A DNA stretch of 64,000 bases from Antedon mediterranea (taxonomy: Eukaryota; Animalia; Echinodermata), in the NCBI RefSeq assembly GCF_964355755.1, contig NC_092670.1, positions 22,740,795 through 22,804,794 on the forward strand, read 5' to 3'. Shown piece after piece: positions 40,241 through 53,642 of the stretch; positions within the stretch are counted from its first letter, which is position 1; each line of letters begins with the position of its first letter. Both the position numbers and the translations under genes were made by a program. Under the pieces are notes generated by a model. That model saw nothing but the letters and a program-made list of their open reading frames with translations. It had not been told where the DNA came from and did no database searches.

Positions 40241-43200
40241 CCCCATGGTCAGATTTTTTAAAGGTGAAAAATTGTTTAAAAAGGCCTTCTAGAAATTCGA
40301 AGGGTAAGAAGGACAGTACAACCTATTCAGACCATTCCTTCCTTTCCCAAACACCCTTTATTTAAGTGACCCCTGATAATTATAGTTCACACTGAATGAA
40401 AGGTGGCGTTATGTTAACTAATGGAGAATCATAGAAATAATGAATTTGTTTATTTATTTATTCGGTATATAAAAAATATATTACAAAACGACAGTCAAGG
40501 ACTGAAATGAATTGTATTACAAATATATAAAAATGTCCCGGTATTCCATTCCGTGAAACTTAATAAGTGGGGATGTAGCTTAATTTGAGAGGAAATACGC
40601 ACACCTGCTGTGCCACCCTCTTTGCCATTGACTTCACACTCCTCCTACATGATAAAGAAAAACTTTTGCAATTAAACCACTCCAAAGTACAGTGAAAAAT
40701 GTGACCACGGCGTATTTGTGTATAGTTTCAATACAGGAAGCATTACTTGTGTAACAAGAGGCCAATGTACATGCACTCTACTTCATGTGGTTTTCTTATT
40801 AAACTTGCATGTAGTGTGAAAGGAAAGGAAAGCGAAGGTAATATAGATTAACCGACTTAACACAATTGGAGAACATGGATTATGCTATTGTTATGGGATA
40901 ACCTCTTGGGAAAGCTAGATTTTCATATCTTTCAGACAAACACATCGTAACCCTTTGTACACTATTTTTTAATTCATTTTGTTTTATGAGTACAGAAATG
41001 AATGCAATATTGTTAAACTGGACAAACATTGTTTTCTGGTTTGTTTGGTAGCATTGTTAGACGTTTCACCTTATCTTTGAGAAAAAAAAACTTTTGTTCC
41101 TGTCAATTTTTTTTTTTTTCAGAATGAAAAGGAGATTATTTTGTTTATCTTTTTGTGAGAAATACCGACCTTGTCGTAAACATATTTAGCTTTTTTTTGG
41201 CTCTTGAATTATAATACCCTGTGTTCCCCAACATTCAAAACGGATAAACGTCCTTGGTCATTAGATATTTATATTACTAACATTTACTACACTGTACTTG
41301 CACTTATATAATATACTTTATTCAACAACCAATGTTGTAATTCATTGTAACTGTATAATGCATGAGACACATGACACAAACCATCCTATAAAAGCTTGAT
41401 GTGAAATACAACATGTGCCATAAAACAAGCAATGAAACGCAACCCATCGATATACTGATTAATTTCAGAAAAGAACGAATATTATACAAAATAAACCATT
41501 ATGACATTTATGTATATCGTTTGCCTGACATGCAAATAGAATATGCACTTTTTGCTACAGGCTTAAATGAATCTGCAAGTGGGGAAATTGCTCAAACTAA
41601 GACTTGAACTCAGATTTGTATAGTTTAGGCAAGAAACCCTTGTTTCTTCACCATGCAATCCTTAAGATATATAAGATGAAATATGAAAAACACAAAATAT
41701 TTATTCGTTTTTATTGTTACATAAAATGTAATTAACGTCTAAAAATACAACAGACACACACAAATTTTGTTAACATCATAACATTCATTTACGATTTAAT
41801 GCATTCTTGACATAACAGAGAAAATGACAAAAACATTGTTAAAACGAGCATAATTGTAAATTGTAAGCGTTCTGAAATTCATAACCGCCGTCATTTTACG
41901 ATTTAACATTATTGTAACATGCACGTAATTTAAGCTCAATAATTATTTTTGCGTGGTGACATTCAATCAGCTGACCTAATTTGAATGATTTAAGTTTTTC
42001 AAACTGTGTTTTATTATAGTAACAGTTGTTTGAATGTATAAATTAAGCTCCAATCTTTACTGTAGTTGTGCGGCTGATCATGATTAAAAAAGGTCTGCTG
42101 TTTTTTTATGACGAGTGAGTCACAAATTTATTTTAAACAAAAATGAAACATTTTCCCAATTAATACCGCTTATCATACGGTAGGACTTAGGTAATGCAGA
42201 AACCCTCCTTTGGGACATCCCTATTCTCATGATACGAACAATAAAGAGGAAAATATGTTTTTACAAGTAAACCTATCCTTATTCAGAGGACACCCCTATT
42301 AAGTGGGAACTTTGTTGGTTCCCAAAAATGTCTTAATAGGTATTCTACTGTATGCATGTATCTTTAAAATTAGATTTTAATTTTATATCTCCATGATTAT
42401 TGTATGAGGATAAAGTATGGCGTGACCTTACCAAACTGTATTGTAGCTATAAGAAATATGCCAAATTGGGGTAATTGCAGAAGCTATCATAACGCCCATT
42501 TGTTTGTAATCATGCTCAGTTGCTTTGTAGTCTCTGTATGTGCGGTATGGTCATAAAAGTCCCTAGTGTTTTTTGCAAGTAAATGTTATGGGGATAGTTA
42601 ACCACAATTTGTGGAATTTTATTGGAATAAAAGAAAAACAGATTTCAGGAAATAAACTTGTTGTATGTTTCGTCTGTCATTAATTTACTTAATTCGAAAT
42701 TCAAAGCTTTTATTTGTATTTTAGTTTTGAACTTTCTGGTTGCTTGTCTGTGTGTGCTGTGATTTGTCATTCACACCTCATTAGCTGGTGAAACACAGAT
42801 TTTATGGCAATACCACAGTGTATTCTGGCAACCTTTTATCGATAAAACATTTACCTCTTAACCCCAAGATGTTGTAACACCTGCATATACATTCAAATAT
42901 GGTATTTGTTAGGTTGTTATTGAGGTAAAAGGTAGGAAAAGTACTGTAATATTATTTTAATAATTAATAGGGTAAATATATGTCTTGGAGCATATGGCTT
43001 GGAGGCAATTTTCAGTTCTTAAGGATGAAAATCACAGTATTACAATAGGCCTGCTATTTCGTAAACTATAACCTCCTCATAGGAGGTGCAACATGACCCC
43101 TTTATACCTTGTTCATCACAGTTACTATGAAATAAGTTTTACTTGATTTGTCGTAGGAGAGAGATTCCTGCAGACTTGCCACTGGCTAATTCTTGATTGC

Positions 43201-43373
43201 ATCCTATCTTTATCCCTCTCTCCCCAGCCCCACATTTCATCAATCCTGACCACACCTATGCTTCTTTTACTCAATGGTGTTAGGTTTTTTTGTCTTTCAA
43301 AATCAGAATAGAAAGTCATTATTTTTGTCACTCAGTTTTGGCTGAAACCTCCGGAATAGAATCTTTTATCATT

Positions 43374-43465
43374 AATATATATATTTATATATATATATAT
43401 TTATATATATATATATTTATATATATATATATTTATATATATATATATTTATATATATATATATT

Positions 43466-43496
<31 letters not shown>

Positions 43497-43531
43497 ATTT
43501 ATATATATATATATTTATATATATATATATT
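43374..43531. repeat. Interrupted (AT)n microsatellite
   Basis: (TA)n with periodic TTT interruptions. Confidence 0.97.
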
Positions 43532-45794
43532 TAACATATTTTACCATATTTGCACATGTTCTGTTGATTTGTCATGAACTACACCAACATACAACATTAA
43601 TGTTTGCAGTTATTACTACTTAAAGTGCGTGTTAAGATCATGATACATCGTCGTGGATTGCGATCGCGGTTTGGTATCACATGATTGGTTGAAAGATGCC
43701 CTCACAAGCGATGAGGTTTTCATGTAAATCTTTCGTCACCTCAGCGGTCTGCCGTCTTTACTGCTTGTTAGTATTTTCACAGAATCTTGTTGTTTACTGT
43801 AAGTTCATTTTACGGCTTTTGTTGACAGATTTTTACTAATCCAATAGCCAAACACTGTCAGGATTTCTGTCTTACAACATCCATTTTCATCGCGTTGAAA
43901 CGTTGTAGTATACACAGACTGAACATATTTACTGATAAATTGTCTCGTAACATCTCAATGTTTTAATACACACAAATCTTCACAAGCTTTTGTCTGGAAA
44001 TAACATTTTTTTTTTCGAAAATACATGAAAGAAAATTTGATGACAACGTTATCTTATAAAATATATAGATATTTCTTTTCTTTTTGAATAACTTGGATAT
44101 TGCCTTAATTTATTTCTGAAAGAAGAAAAAAATCAAGTAAAGAGAAGTAAAAATCATTGTAACCACTACTGGTCAATGCAGTCCCCTTCTATCTGAATAG
44201 GAATGTCCCTTGCAGAGGTGTCATCTGGTGTTTTCCAGAAAATAACCCCTTTGTAATGACACCATATTAAAAAACAATTGCTATACATATTTTTATTTGC
44301 ATGTATTTTGATGTCCTGTATTGCATATATTTATCAAAGAAATTCAATGTCAACAAAAGTTTTTATCATCAGAAATGTAGGTTGAAATTATGATTCCGAT
44401 CATGTCATATTTTAATCATTACTCCAATTCCCAGGCAGCTAGATATCTAGTTTCATAACTTTGAAATTTAATACTAAATCTAGATTCTAAAAATTGAGAA
44501 GAAGCCATTAAAATCTAGAGTTTTATGAAACATATACAGAAAATAATGGAAACTGGTGTTTAGTTGCAGAATGCGTATAATGACACAATATTTAATTCAT
44601 TATAGAATACAAAAGTTGAAAATAATGACTATTTGTAATAATTATGATGTATCATCATTATCTATCGAAGGCTACCTTTATAACTCGTATTTTATGCACA
44701 AACAAATCATCAATATGACCTTTTGTTTTATGATGCGCTACTTGGCTACATAGCTGTCGAGTCAAAAAGTCATTCTTTGCATGCTCAGAATCATAACCAT
44801 GCGTAGATTGGCTATTAGACTGAATTAAATGTGTAGTTACATGGCACGTGAGGAAAAGGAAAGGTCATCATAGCGCCACAAACTTCAAACAAAAAGATCT
44901 TCGCATGTACAAGAGTGTTTCGTAACCATGTACACGCTAGGTTCAGGTACGTGCTCTTGATCATTGTATTGTATTACGCTTAGTGCTCCCAATGGAAGAA
45001 GAAAGGATGTGTTCAAATTCAGGAATATTGTGGTTCTGACTTTAATGCTACAAATGTCTAGTCTACGTATATTTATTGGTATAGTCTGTAGTCTACCTAT
45101 ATCTGTAGTATCATGGTTTACATTTAATTTTGTTTCAAGTTACAAACCAACTACCGGTATTGAAAAACCTAATCTCATTACTTCTTACTTCTCAAACTTT
45201 ATTCCAATTTCTATTAATTTTCTTTTCTGTCTGCCAGGATATTTTTGTTTTTGATTTTTCAAAAACAGATAACTAATCTCTCCATAGAAATTTAAATATA
45301 TTTTAGTGTAGTAAAAATAGTACCATGCTATTACAGAACTATCTTACATGATTCCAGTGTACTCTGTAAAATGTTATCAGAATTAAGTCAACCGTGAAAT
45401 TACCAATTAAAACTACTAATTTACAGCTAAAAATATTTTGAAAAATATCATCTTACTGTCTGTGTAATTGAATGACACAGACCAAAAGTGTAAAACATTC
45501 GATTACAAAAAGTAATTTGTGCTCACAATTGTGGTAAACTTAAATAAATTAAATATAATTTGTATCATTTTTTACACCTCAATTATCATATTGGTATACC
45601 GCAGGATAAAAGGAGAAATAACACTTCTTTTTTTTTTCAGAATAGTTATTTTTGGTAAAAGAACAAATAAGAAGTATTCCTGCTAAGGTATTTAAGAATT
45701 TAAAAATTATTTTCCTTAAAATTTTGACAATTTAGTTTTTAGAATTTACAGTACAGAAAAATTACTTGTACTACCCTATGCTAAAACACATCTA

Positions 45795-46181
45795 GTGTAG
45801 CCTGAAGTTGAGTGCTCCTTGGATTGTGGAGTACAAGTTTTAATACAGCTAAAAAGGTTGAGTACAGTACCCTGGAGTTGAATACAGCAGCGAGTTCAAT
45901 AAACTACAATCTGAATTTTAAGTATAGGCTAGTTGAATAGGTCCTAAAGTTGAGCACATCCTGACATTGAATACAGTCTGACATTTAGTACAGCCTGACA
46001 TTTAGTACAGCCTGACATTGAGTACAACCTGACATTGAGTACAGCATGACATTGAGTACAGCCTGACATTGAGTACAGTCTGACATTGAGTTTTGTCTGA
46101 TTTTGAATACTGCCTAAAGTTGATTACAGCTTGAAGTTGAGAGTTAGAGGGTGTTTGAGTACAGCCTGAAATTTAGTACAG
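45795..46181. repeat. 17-bp minisatellite CCTGACATTGAGTACAG; homogeneous core ~45958-46092 with degenerate flanks
   Basis: Seen directly. Confidence 0.85.
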
Positions 46182-46754
46182 TGAGGAAATAAGTAAAATT
46201 CTAAACTATACTGTACTCAATGTAAGATGCATTATATATTTTCAATAACAAGTAACAAGAATCTACTCTATTAATCCATCCACACTAAATGTATCATACC
46301 TTTCAAAGACAAGTGCCCACAATAAATGAGATGTTTTGCATTGTTTGTCTTAATCATCTCCATAAAGGTTCTGTGGTAATTGGTCGGTATAGTTTAGCAT
46401 GCGTTCAAATATATCTATCTTCACCTACTGGTTCAGACCTTTCTGGTCTAGCCTTTCCATATGGAATGTCTTTCTGGTTTTGTATATTTAATTTGATCTT
46501 GACCATTTCTTTGTCTTTCAACTTGCCCATAAGCCAACACAACATAAATCCCACTTGTGTCTAAATGGTCGGTACTTTGGAATAACACATATATCTATCT
46601 TCACCACTGGTAAGGCACTGGTCTTTTTTGCTTTTGTATATTTTTGTAGAATCTCAACCATTATAAATTTTATAGAATCTTTCAACTACTTTTGGAACAC
46701 AACAGAGATCACTGATTTTGTCTAGGCATATGTATAGTTTACATAGCAAATCTA

Positions 46755-47427
46755 TCTTCACCTAGGCCTAGTAACTGATGCAGCCACTACTCTTCTTATT
46801 CTTCACCAGGCCTAGTAACTGATGCAGCCACTACTCTTCTTATTCTTCACCTAGGCCTAGTAACTGATGCAGCCACTACTCTTCTTATTCTTCACCAGGC
46901 CTAGTAACTGATGCAGCCACTACTCTTCTTATTCTTCACCAGGCCTAGTAACTGATGCAGCCACTACTCTTCTTATTCTTCACCTAGGCCTAGGCCTAGT
47001 AACTGATGCAGCCACTACTCTTCTTATTCTTCACCAGGCCTAGTAACTGATGCAGCCACTACTCTTCTTATTCTTCACCAGGCCTAGTAACTGATGCAGC
47101 CACTACTCTTCTTATTCTTCACCAGGCCTAGTAACTGATGCAGCCACTACTCTTCTTATTCTTCACCAGGCCTAGTAACTGATGCAGCCACTACTCTTCT
47201 TATTCTTCACCTAGGCCTAGTAACTGATGCAGCCACTACTCTTCTTATTCTTCACCAGGCCTAGTAACTGATGCAGCCACTACTCTTCTTATTCTTCACC
47301 TAGGCCTAGTAACTGATGCAGCCACTACTCTTCTTATTCTTCACCAGGCCTAGTAACTGATGCAGCCACTACTCTTCTTATTCTTCACCTAGGCCTAGTA
47401 ACTGATGCAGCCACTACTCTTCTTATT
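46755..47427. repeat. Tandem array of 15 x 44/45-bp units
   Basis: CTTCACC(T)AGGCCTAGTAACTGATGCAGCCACTACTCTTCTTATT; 15 copies counted. Confidence 0.97.
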
Positions 47428-50400
47428 TTTGGTTTTTTATATTTGTTTAATCTCGACTACTTCTACAATTTCTGTAGACTTTCTTCATCCTTTCAACTGC
47501 CTATAGCCACTATTAACAAGTGTGAATGACTTGGTTATTTAATCATATAAAACAGAGAATGTATTTGATTTATCAGGGTGTTAATTATTCGTAGATTGCC
47601 TCAATTTATCATGCGGTTTCTTTGAATCACAAATAATGTTTAGAAATTTTCCCGTAATCTGAATTTCATATCTGTCGTACTTTATTCGGTTGTTGCACTC
47701 GAAATAAGTGCAATTTGGTTTTATTTCATCACTTTGTGGATATTTTCCATCTTGCATTTGGCGGATACTTTGATATTCTATATATATTTAAAACATAGAG
47801 CATCAACTATAACTAACAAAATAGAAATGGTTTTTTGTATATGGAGAGGGAGACTTTTTTTAAGAAACCTAATTATGGCAAAAAAAACGAATGTAATGGA
47901 ACACAAGCCCAGCTGCATAAATGTGACCAACCCATGTACGACTATATTCAAAATGAGGTTTTGCACAGTATAGCAAGATGATGATGAACTTTTTAAAAAA
48001 AATGTCATGATTACCAAAATATATACATTTTATGATTTTACTTAGTTGAGATTTGTGCCTTCTTAAAATGTTGACGATTGAAGATACTCTATCCTTCTTT
48101 TACTTGGACTTCACTTCACTAAAAATATTCACAATGAATGGTTTAGTATATAATAATGACATGGACTATTTTTAATACTTTAAATATAAAGATAACCTTA
48201 TATAGGATAGACAGAAAAAAGTTCTGTTAAAATGAATATAGTAGGTAGTTGTAAGATAGTTATGGCATGTAATCTCTATCTCGATGTACTACATCACAAC
48301 CCAAGAAGAAGAAGTGATTTGTAGGCTAAACTAGAATAACAAATGGATGATATATAAGCCAAGGCTTGCTATAGATATTAGATTTAGTACTTTGGATTAG
48401 AAAAAATTGGGTTATCTGTCATTTATGTTTCATGCCCTCTATAGTTTAAAACAGCAAACGAGTGATGTCATGTGGGTTGTAACTAGAACCAGCTCTCAAC
48501 GCCTTCGGCAATCGCATTCCAAACCATGTCTCATCTACCACCTCCGAGGCATCTCTATATTTTTCTTGGCAACAAACGAAGCAAAATTTCTTTCATTTTC
48601 CACCACTCTACACTTGGCCTTCTTGCTTCAATCAGTAAAATCATTTGAAAAAATAATTGATTCCCTTGCTCTAGAAATACTAATAAGGTCGTAATTCTAT
48701 AAAGAAAGCACTCGGGCTAAATAGCCTCTTGTCGATGCTGTTTAACCAGTTAACGTTATGCCTCCAGAAATGTACGATGTTCAAAAAGTATATAAACAGA
48801 TTTAGTTAATTGTCGGCCATATGCTTAGATTAAAATATTATCTTAGAGAAAATTTGATTTCTGTACTGTTGTGTTTTCGAAAAAAATAATTCAGTTCTTT
48901 ACTTTTAAAGGATAAATATAAATTAGATAATAAAATAGTGGTTTGGGCAATATGCAGATATATCTATATATCTTTACTGTTAAGGAATGATATTGTTGGT
49001 ACAATTTGGAACCACTATTTGGGGAAATCCCTATTGAGGGGATACTTTCCTGTGAAACGGAGAAGAGGAAATATATGTTTTAATTTCACAACCAACCCCC
49101 TATTAAGAGGACACTTTGTTTGGTCCTAAAGGTGTCCCCTTATCAGGAGTTCTACTATAACAGAATCTTATATTTAAAGATCTTTATTGTTTTGAGCATC
49201 AACACATTTTTCTAGGGCAAGTGAGTTTGATTACAGTTGCTAGGTAACTAACGATGGAGATTGTGATGAATCAAAATATTTTCAAACTAAGAATTAAAAT
49301 GAGAAGATTATTCTACCATTTCAAGTAATAACTTTAAATAATCAAATCGAGCGTCTTCTTTTTTTAAGCAGATTTGAATTATTTTCTGTTTTTTCCTCTC
49401 GTGCGTGAATAAGATTGAATTCATATAAACAGAAAATTGTGAATCTAAAAAAATTGGTGTTTTTTAGAATGGCTGCGAATCTGATATAAAAGAAATAAAA
49501 ACAAACCAACAACAAAAATTATAGGTCTAAAATGTTAAAACATATATTTCAATATTTAAAACATTATATAGGCATACTTGCAAGGATATCAAAGAAACAT
49601 TATGTTTCTTTGTCATATTTGGTTATAATTCATAAGGCAATTCAAAATAGAACTTGTTTACATTGTTGTGCTACACATCGCTCACAAAACAAAGGTCATT
49701 AATATTATGGTTAAAACCAAAATATATTTTAATTTCATTTTCTATACTAATACTACTGAAAATAGAACTTAAAAAAACCCTGTGCATATATAATTAATAA
49801 AAACAAGTCAATAACTAAAAAGATAGTAATACTAAAGTTTCATGTACAATATCCACTTTCAGTTATCATACAATATATCTTTATCCGGCCCTCATGGGGA
49901 ATTTAAAAAAGAGGGGATGGGTTGCATCAGTGTACAAATACATATGAAATTTTAAGTTTATATGAAATTTATATAATTGGTTTTAAAGTCTGATAGCAAT
50001 AATAATAATAATAATATTTTTCGGTCACAAAAAATAATAACCAGGAGTGAGAATAGGCTAAAGCCCAAAGAGATTCTGCACTCACTCACTCCATACAATA
50101 CAAACAGTTAAAATAAAACCTTAAAGAAGAAAATTAAACAATTGTACATACAAATAATACATAACATGAAATAAAGTGTTTTGTTAGAGTAGCCTAAAAT
50201 ATTGAAATTTTTATGTTATTTGATATTTGCTCCCATAGTCTAGGAAAGGAAACAAATACAGAATTATGAAAAGTAATATAATTCAAACAACAATAAAATG
50301 AAATGAATTTATTTTAAGGTTATAGTTTGCAAGTAAATTAAGTGCAAGTCATTAGGTAGTACTACACATTCTGTATAGAGAGCATAGTTTAAATTAAACT

Positions 50401-51793
50401 CGACTACAAAGTGTTAGTAAACGGACATATTTATCTTGCATACAGTAGACATAGGTACTTGTACATTAAATTCATATTGTTCCTAACCAGTGGAAAACTT
50501 TTTTATTACTCGATCTGTATTACTTTTTTAATACTTTAACTGGATGACAAACTGATACACTTTTTATACTTTTATAACACTGATTACGTATTTGTAGTTT
50601 TGTGAGGTTTCTACTTTTTTACAACAACTGTAAAAAAGATTGGATGAAAGAAAGATTGATGAGACGTGAATTGAATGAGACAGGTTGACAATAGTAGCCA
50701 AATTGAAATACTTATTTTCGGATTTCATTTGTCCAACTGAACAATCCTTATTGATTATTTTCTTACGATAGAACGAGATATGGTTATCGCGCTTATATGA
50801 CACGCCACTAACGCTACAAAACATCGCAGAATGCGTAGGATGTTGTTTCCAAAAATTTCCAAAAATAGGGTTAGTTACTGAAAGTGTCACAACAGTAGAT
50901 GTTTATTACACTATTGTAGTATTTAGTTTGTGTGATGTAAAAGATTTTTTTTCCAGAAAGGGTATAACTGTAGGCCTATATATAATTTGTTGGCAAAGAG
51001 TTTATATTACTTAGAGAGTTCAATATAATGACAGCCCAAAAGGGATTTACCATAGAGAGTGACTGTCACAGTGGCTGCATCACATTGGCCAATCAAGTTA
51101 TGCTCCCTCCCCCTATTCGGTAATTCATTGTACGCCTTTGTTGTAGTGTGTTAAGCGTAAAAGTTATATATTATATAATGTAATATATAACTTTTACCTG
51201 AAATTCATTGCCATTCTGTAGTTTAATATATAATGTATATTTATGTATATTAAATGTATGTTCTGATTTAGGGTGGTTCTTGATAATTATTAGTTTTATA
51301 TACCAAATAAAGATTGTCATAGCATATTGCAATATAATGTTGAAACATAATTTACAATTATAAGCCTAAGGCATCCCCAGATATAAATCCCACTTTTCTT
51401 ATACATATAATTATATTCTTTTTTTATGTTATTTACACCGTTGTATGTTGTCATCAGTGTCAGCTGCGTTAATATCAGTTTCATAGCTATCTTGTCATCG
51501 GCTCTTCGATCTTCTCTTCTGTCGCCTTCATATTAACCACCAACAGAATACCTTTAATGGATTTCACAAATGTGTACAGGGGGAATCCACAATAGCGATT
51601 GCCACAGGGAATAGTAATGGAAAGTATACCTACTGATGATATATTTATCAATAATTACAATGAAATGATATTATCAAAACCCCTGATCAAAACATGCTAT
51701 TTCTAAACACAATGTGTCCATATAAGATGTATTCAGTATTATAACACACCTGGGTGTGTTCTTGTAATATTTGATTGGTTGATTTTGTGTCAC

Positions 51794-52372
51794 ATGCAGT
51801 TCAGGATTTAGTTCTATCTGATAGTTAAAGTTCTATTTAATGGTTCTATTGCACAGCAGCCATTTTAAATGCAGTTTAGTATTTAGTTCTATTTGACACT
51901 TAAAGTTCTATTTAATAGTTCTATTGCACAGCAGCCATTTTAAATGCAGTTTAGTATTTAGTTCTATTGGAAGGTTAAAGTTCTATTTAATGGTTTTATT
52001 GCACAGCAGCCATTTTAAATGCAGTTTAGTATTTAGTTCTATTTGACACTTAAAGTTCTATTTAATAGTTCTATTTCACAGCAGCCATTTTAAATGCAGT
52101 TTAGTATTTAGTTCTATTGGAAGGTTAAAGTTCTATTTAATGGTTTTATTGCACAGCAGCCATTTTAAATGCAGTTTAGTATTTAGTTCTATTTGACAGT
52201 TAAAGTTCTATTTAATAGTTCTATTGCACAGCAGCCATTTTAAATGCAGTTCAGTATTTAGTTCTATTGCATGGTTAAAGTTCTATTTAATAGTTCTATT
52301 GCACAGCAGCCATTTTAAATGCAGTTCAGTATTTAGTTCTATTGCATGGTTAAAGTTCTATTTAATGGTTCT
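51794..52372. repeat. Tandem array of ~7.7 x 75-bp units with partial dimeric higher-order structure
   Basis: ATGCAGTTTAGTATTTAGTTCTATT[TGACAC/GGAAGG/GCATGG]TTAAAGTTCTATTTAAT..GCACAGCAGCCATTTTAA. Confidence 0.95.
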
Positions 52373-53472
52373 AGCGATCATATAGTTTGTCGTAAATATA
52401 GTTTCAGATTTGGTCGACTACTCATGATTGGTCAAACGTTCTTCAATGATATTGTATGGCAGCTAGTATATAGCATAAAAAGGCGATTTATCTATGTTTA
52501 AATGGCAAGTTAATTAGCATTAGTTAATGATATCCTGTTAAAGATGTATAATGTTGGATTATGATGCCTTTAATGGATTTATTTGCCATTTGCTGTTAAA
52601 ACCTTGGGGACAATTCATAAGTTAACGATTACAAAATGCTCATCGCAAAATGTCATGTTAAGCTAAATAGATTAGGTTATGCAGTATCTAATTCTATCCA
52701 GTGTTTTTTTTGTTTTTTTTTACAGTAGACCCTACTATTAATGGGACACCTTCAAAACCCAACAAATTGTCTCCTTAATAGAGGTAGTCAGAAGCTACAA
52801 ATTATACCTTCTCAAAATTAAAAAGTCTGTTAATTAACTATTAAAGTATAATGGTATGGTACGCAAAATAATGAAACACAGTATCATACGTCATTTAATA
52901 TTTCAACACTTAACTATGTCGTCATCCAAAAAGTGCTTTAGGCATTTCTCGCATAATGGCTATACTTAATTGTTGCATAGAGTTCCCTATATCAGTTTTT
53001 GTTTCAAGAATGCATGTTTTCATTACTATATTTATGCAATTTTGTTTCAAAAAGGATCGTGATTTTCAGGACAAATTTGCTCTGCATGCCCACTACATGT
53101 GAACCGTTCTGCCTTGGACAACCACTGTCATTGGTATGTTGCGGCCATCAGGCAAACATATGTGGCCTTTGACAGCTTAGCCACCCAGACAAAACACTGA
53201 GTCATTTTTGTGATTTATATAAACTAATGCAATATGTTTAATTTCATTATTTATTCGATCTATTTCAACATAAACTTAACAAAAAAAAATGAAATTGGGG
53301 AGACCAGGGTCAACCTAAGTGAACTTAATCACTGTAGATGAGCTGGTTGACCCAACCTCAAAGTCAGTATAGACACAGAATACAATTAATGAATCAAAAT
53401 GAATGTGAACTTTTCTAATGAAGGCTGAGCAGCATCTGTCAATGATCTGTTTAAAATAATTATTTATTGATT

Positions 53473-53642
53473 AGTAGAATCTCTTTTAATATTGGGATAC
53501 CTTCAGGACCCAATAAAGTGTCCCCTTAAAATATAGGTGTCCACTGAATACAGGTTGGCGTCATAGTGTTGACACATATATTTACCCCTCATATCACTTG
53601 TTTAATAAGAAAGTGGTGTACTAATGGTGGAGTTCTACAGTA
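53473..53642. mobile_element. pogo/Tigger-like MITE, old copy
   Basis: AGTAGAATCTC ... GAGTTCTACAG-TA termini with GGAYACC/GTGTCC subrepeats. Confidence 0.5.

Noticed and set aside
43290-43577. 95-aa Ile/Tyr-rich ORF
   Set aside because: Translation of an (AT)n microsatellite.
50564-50890. 108-aa minus-strand ORF and other short ORFs at 41-63 kb
   Set aside because: No recognisable domain, no convincing splice context, and composition typical of AT-rich non-coding DNA.
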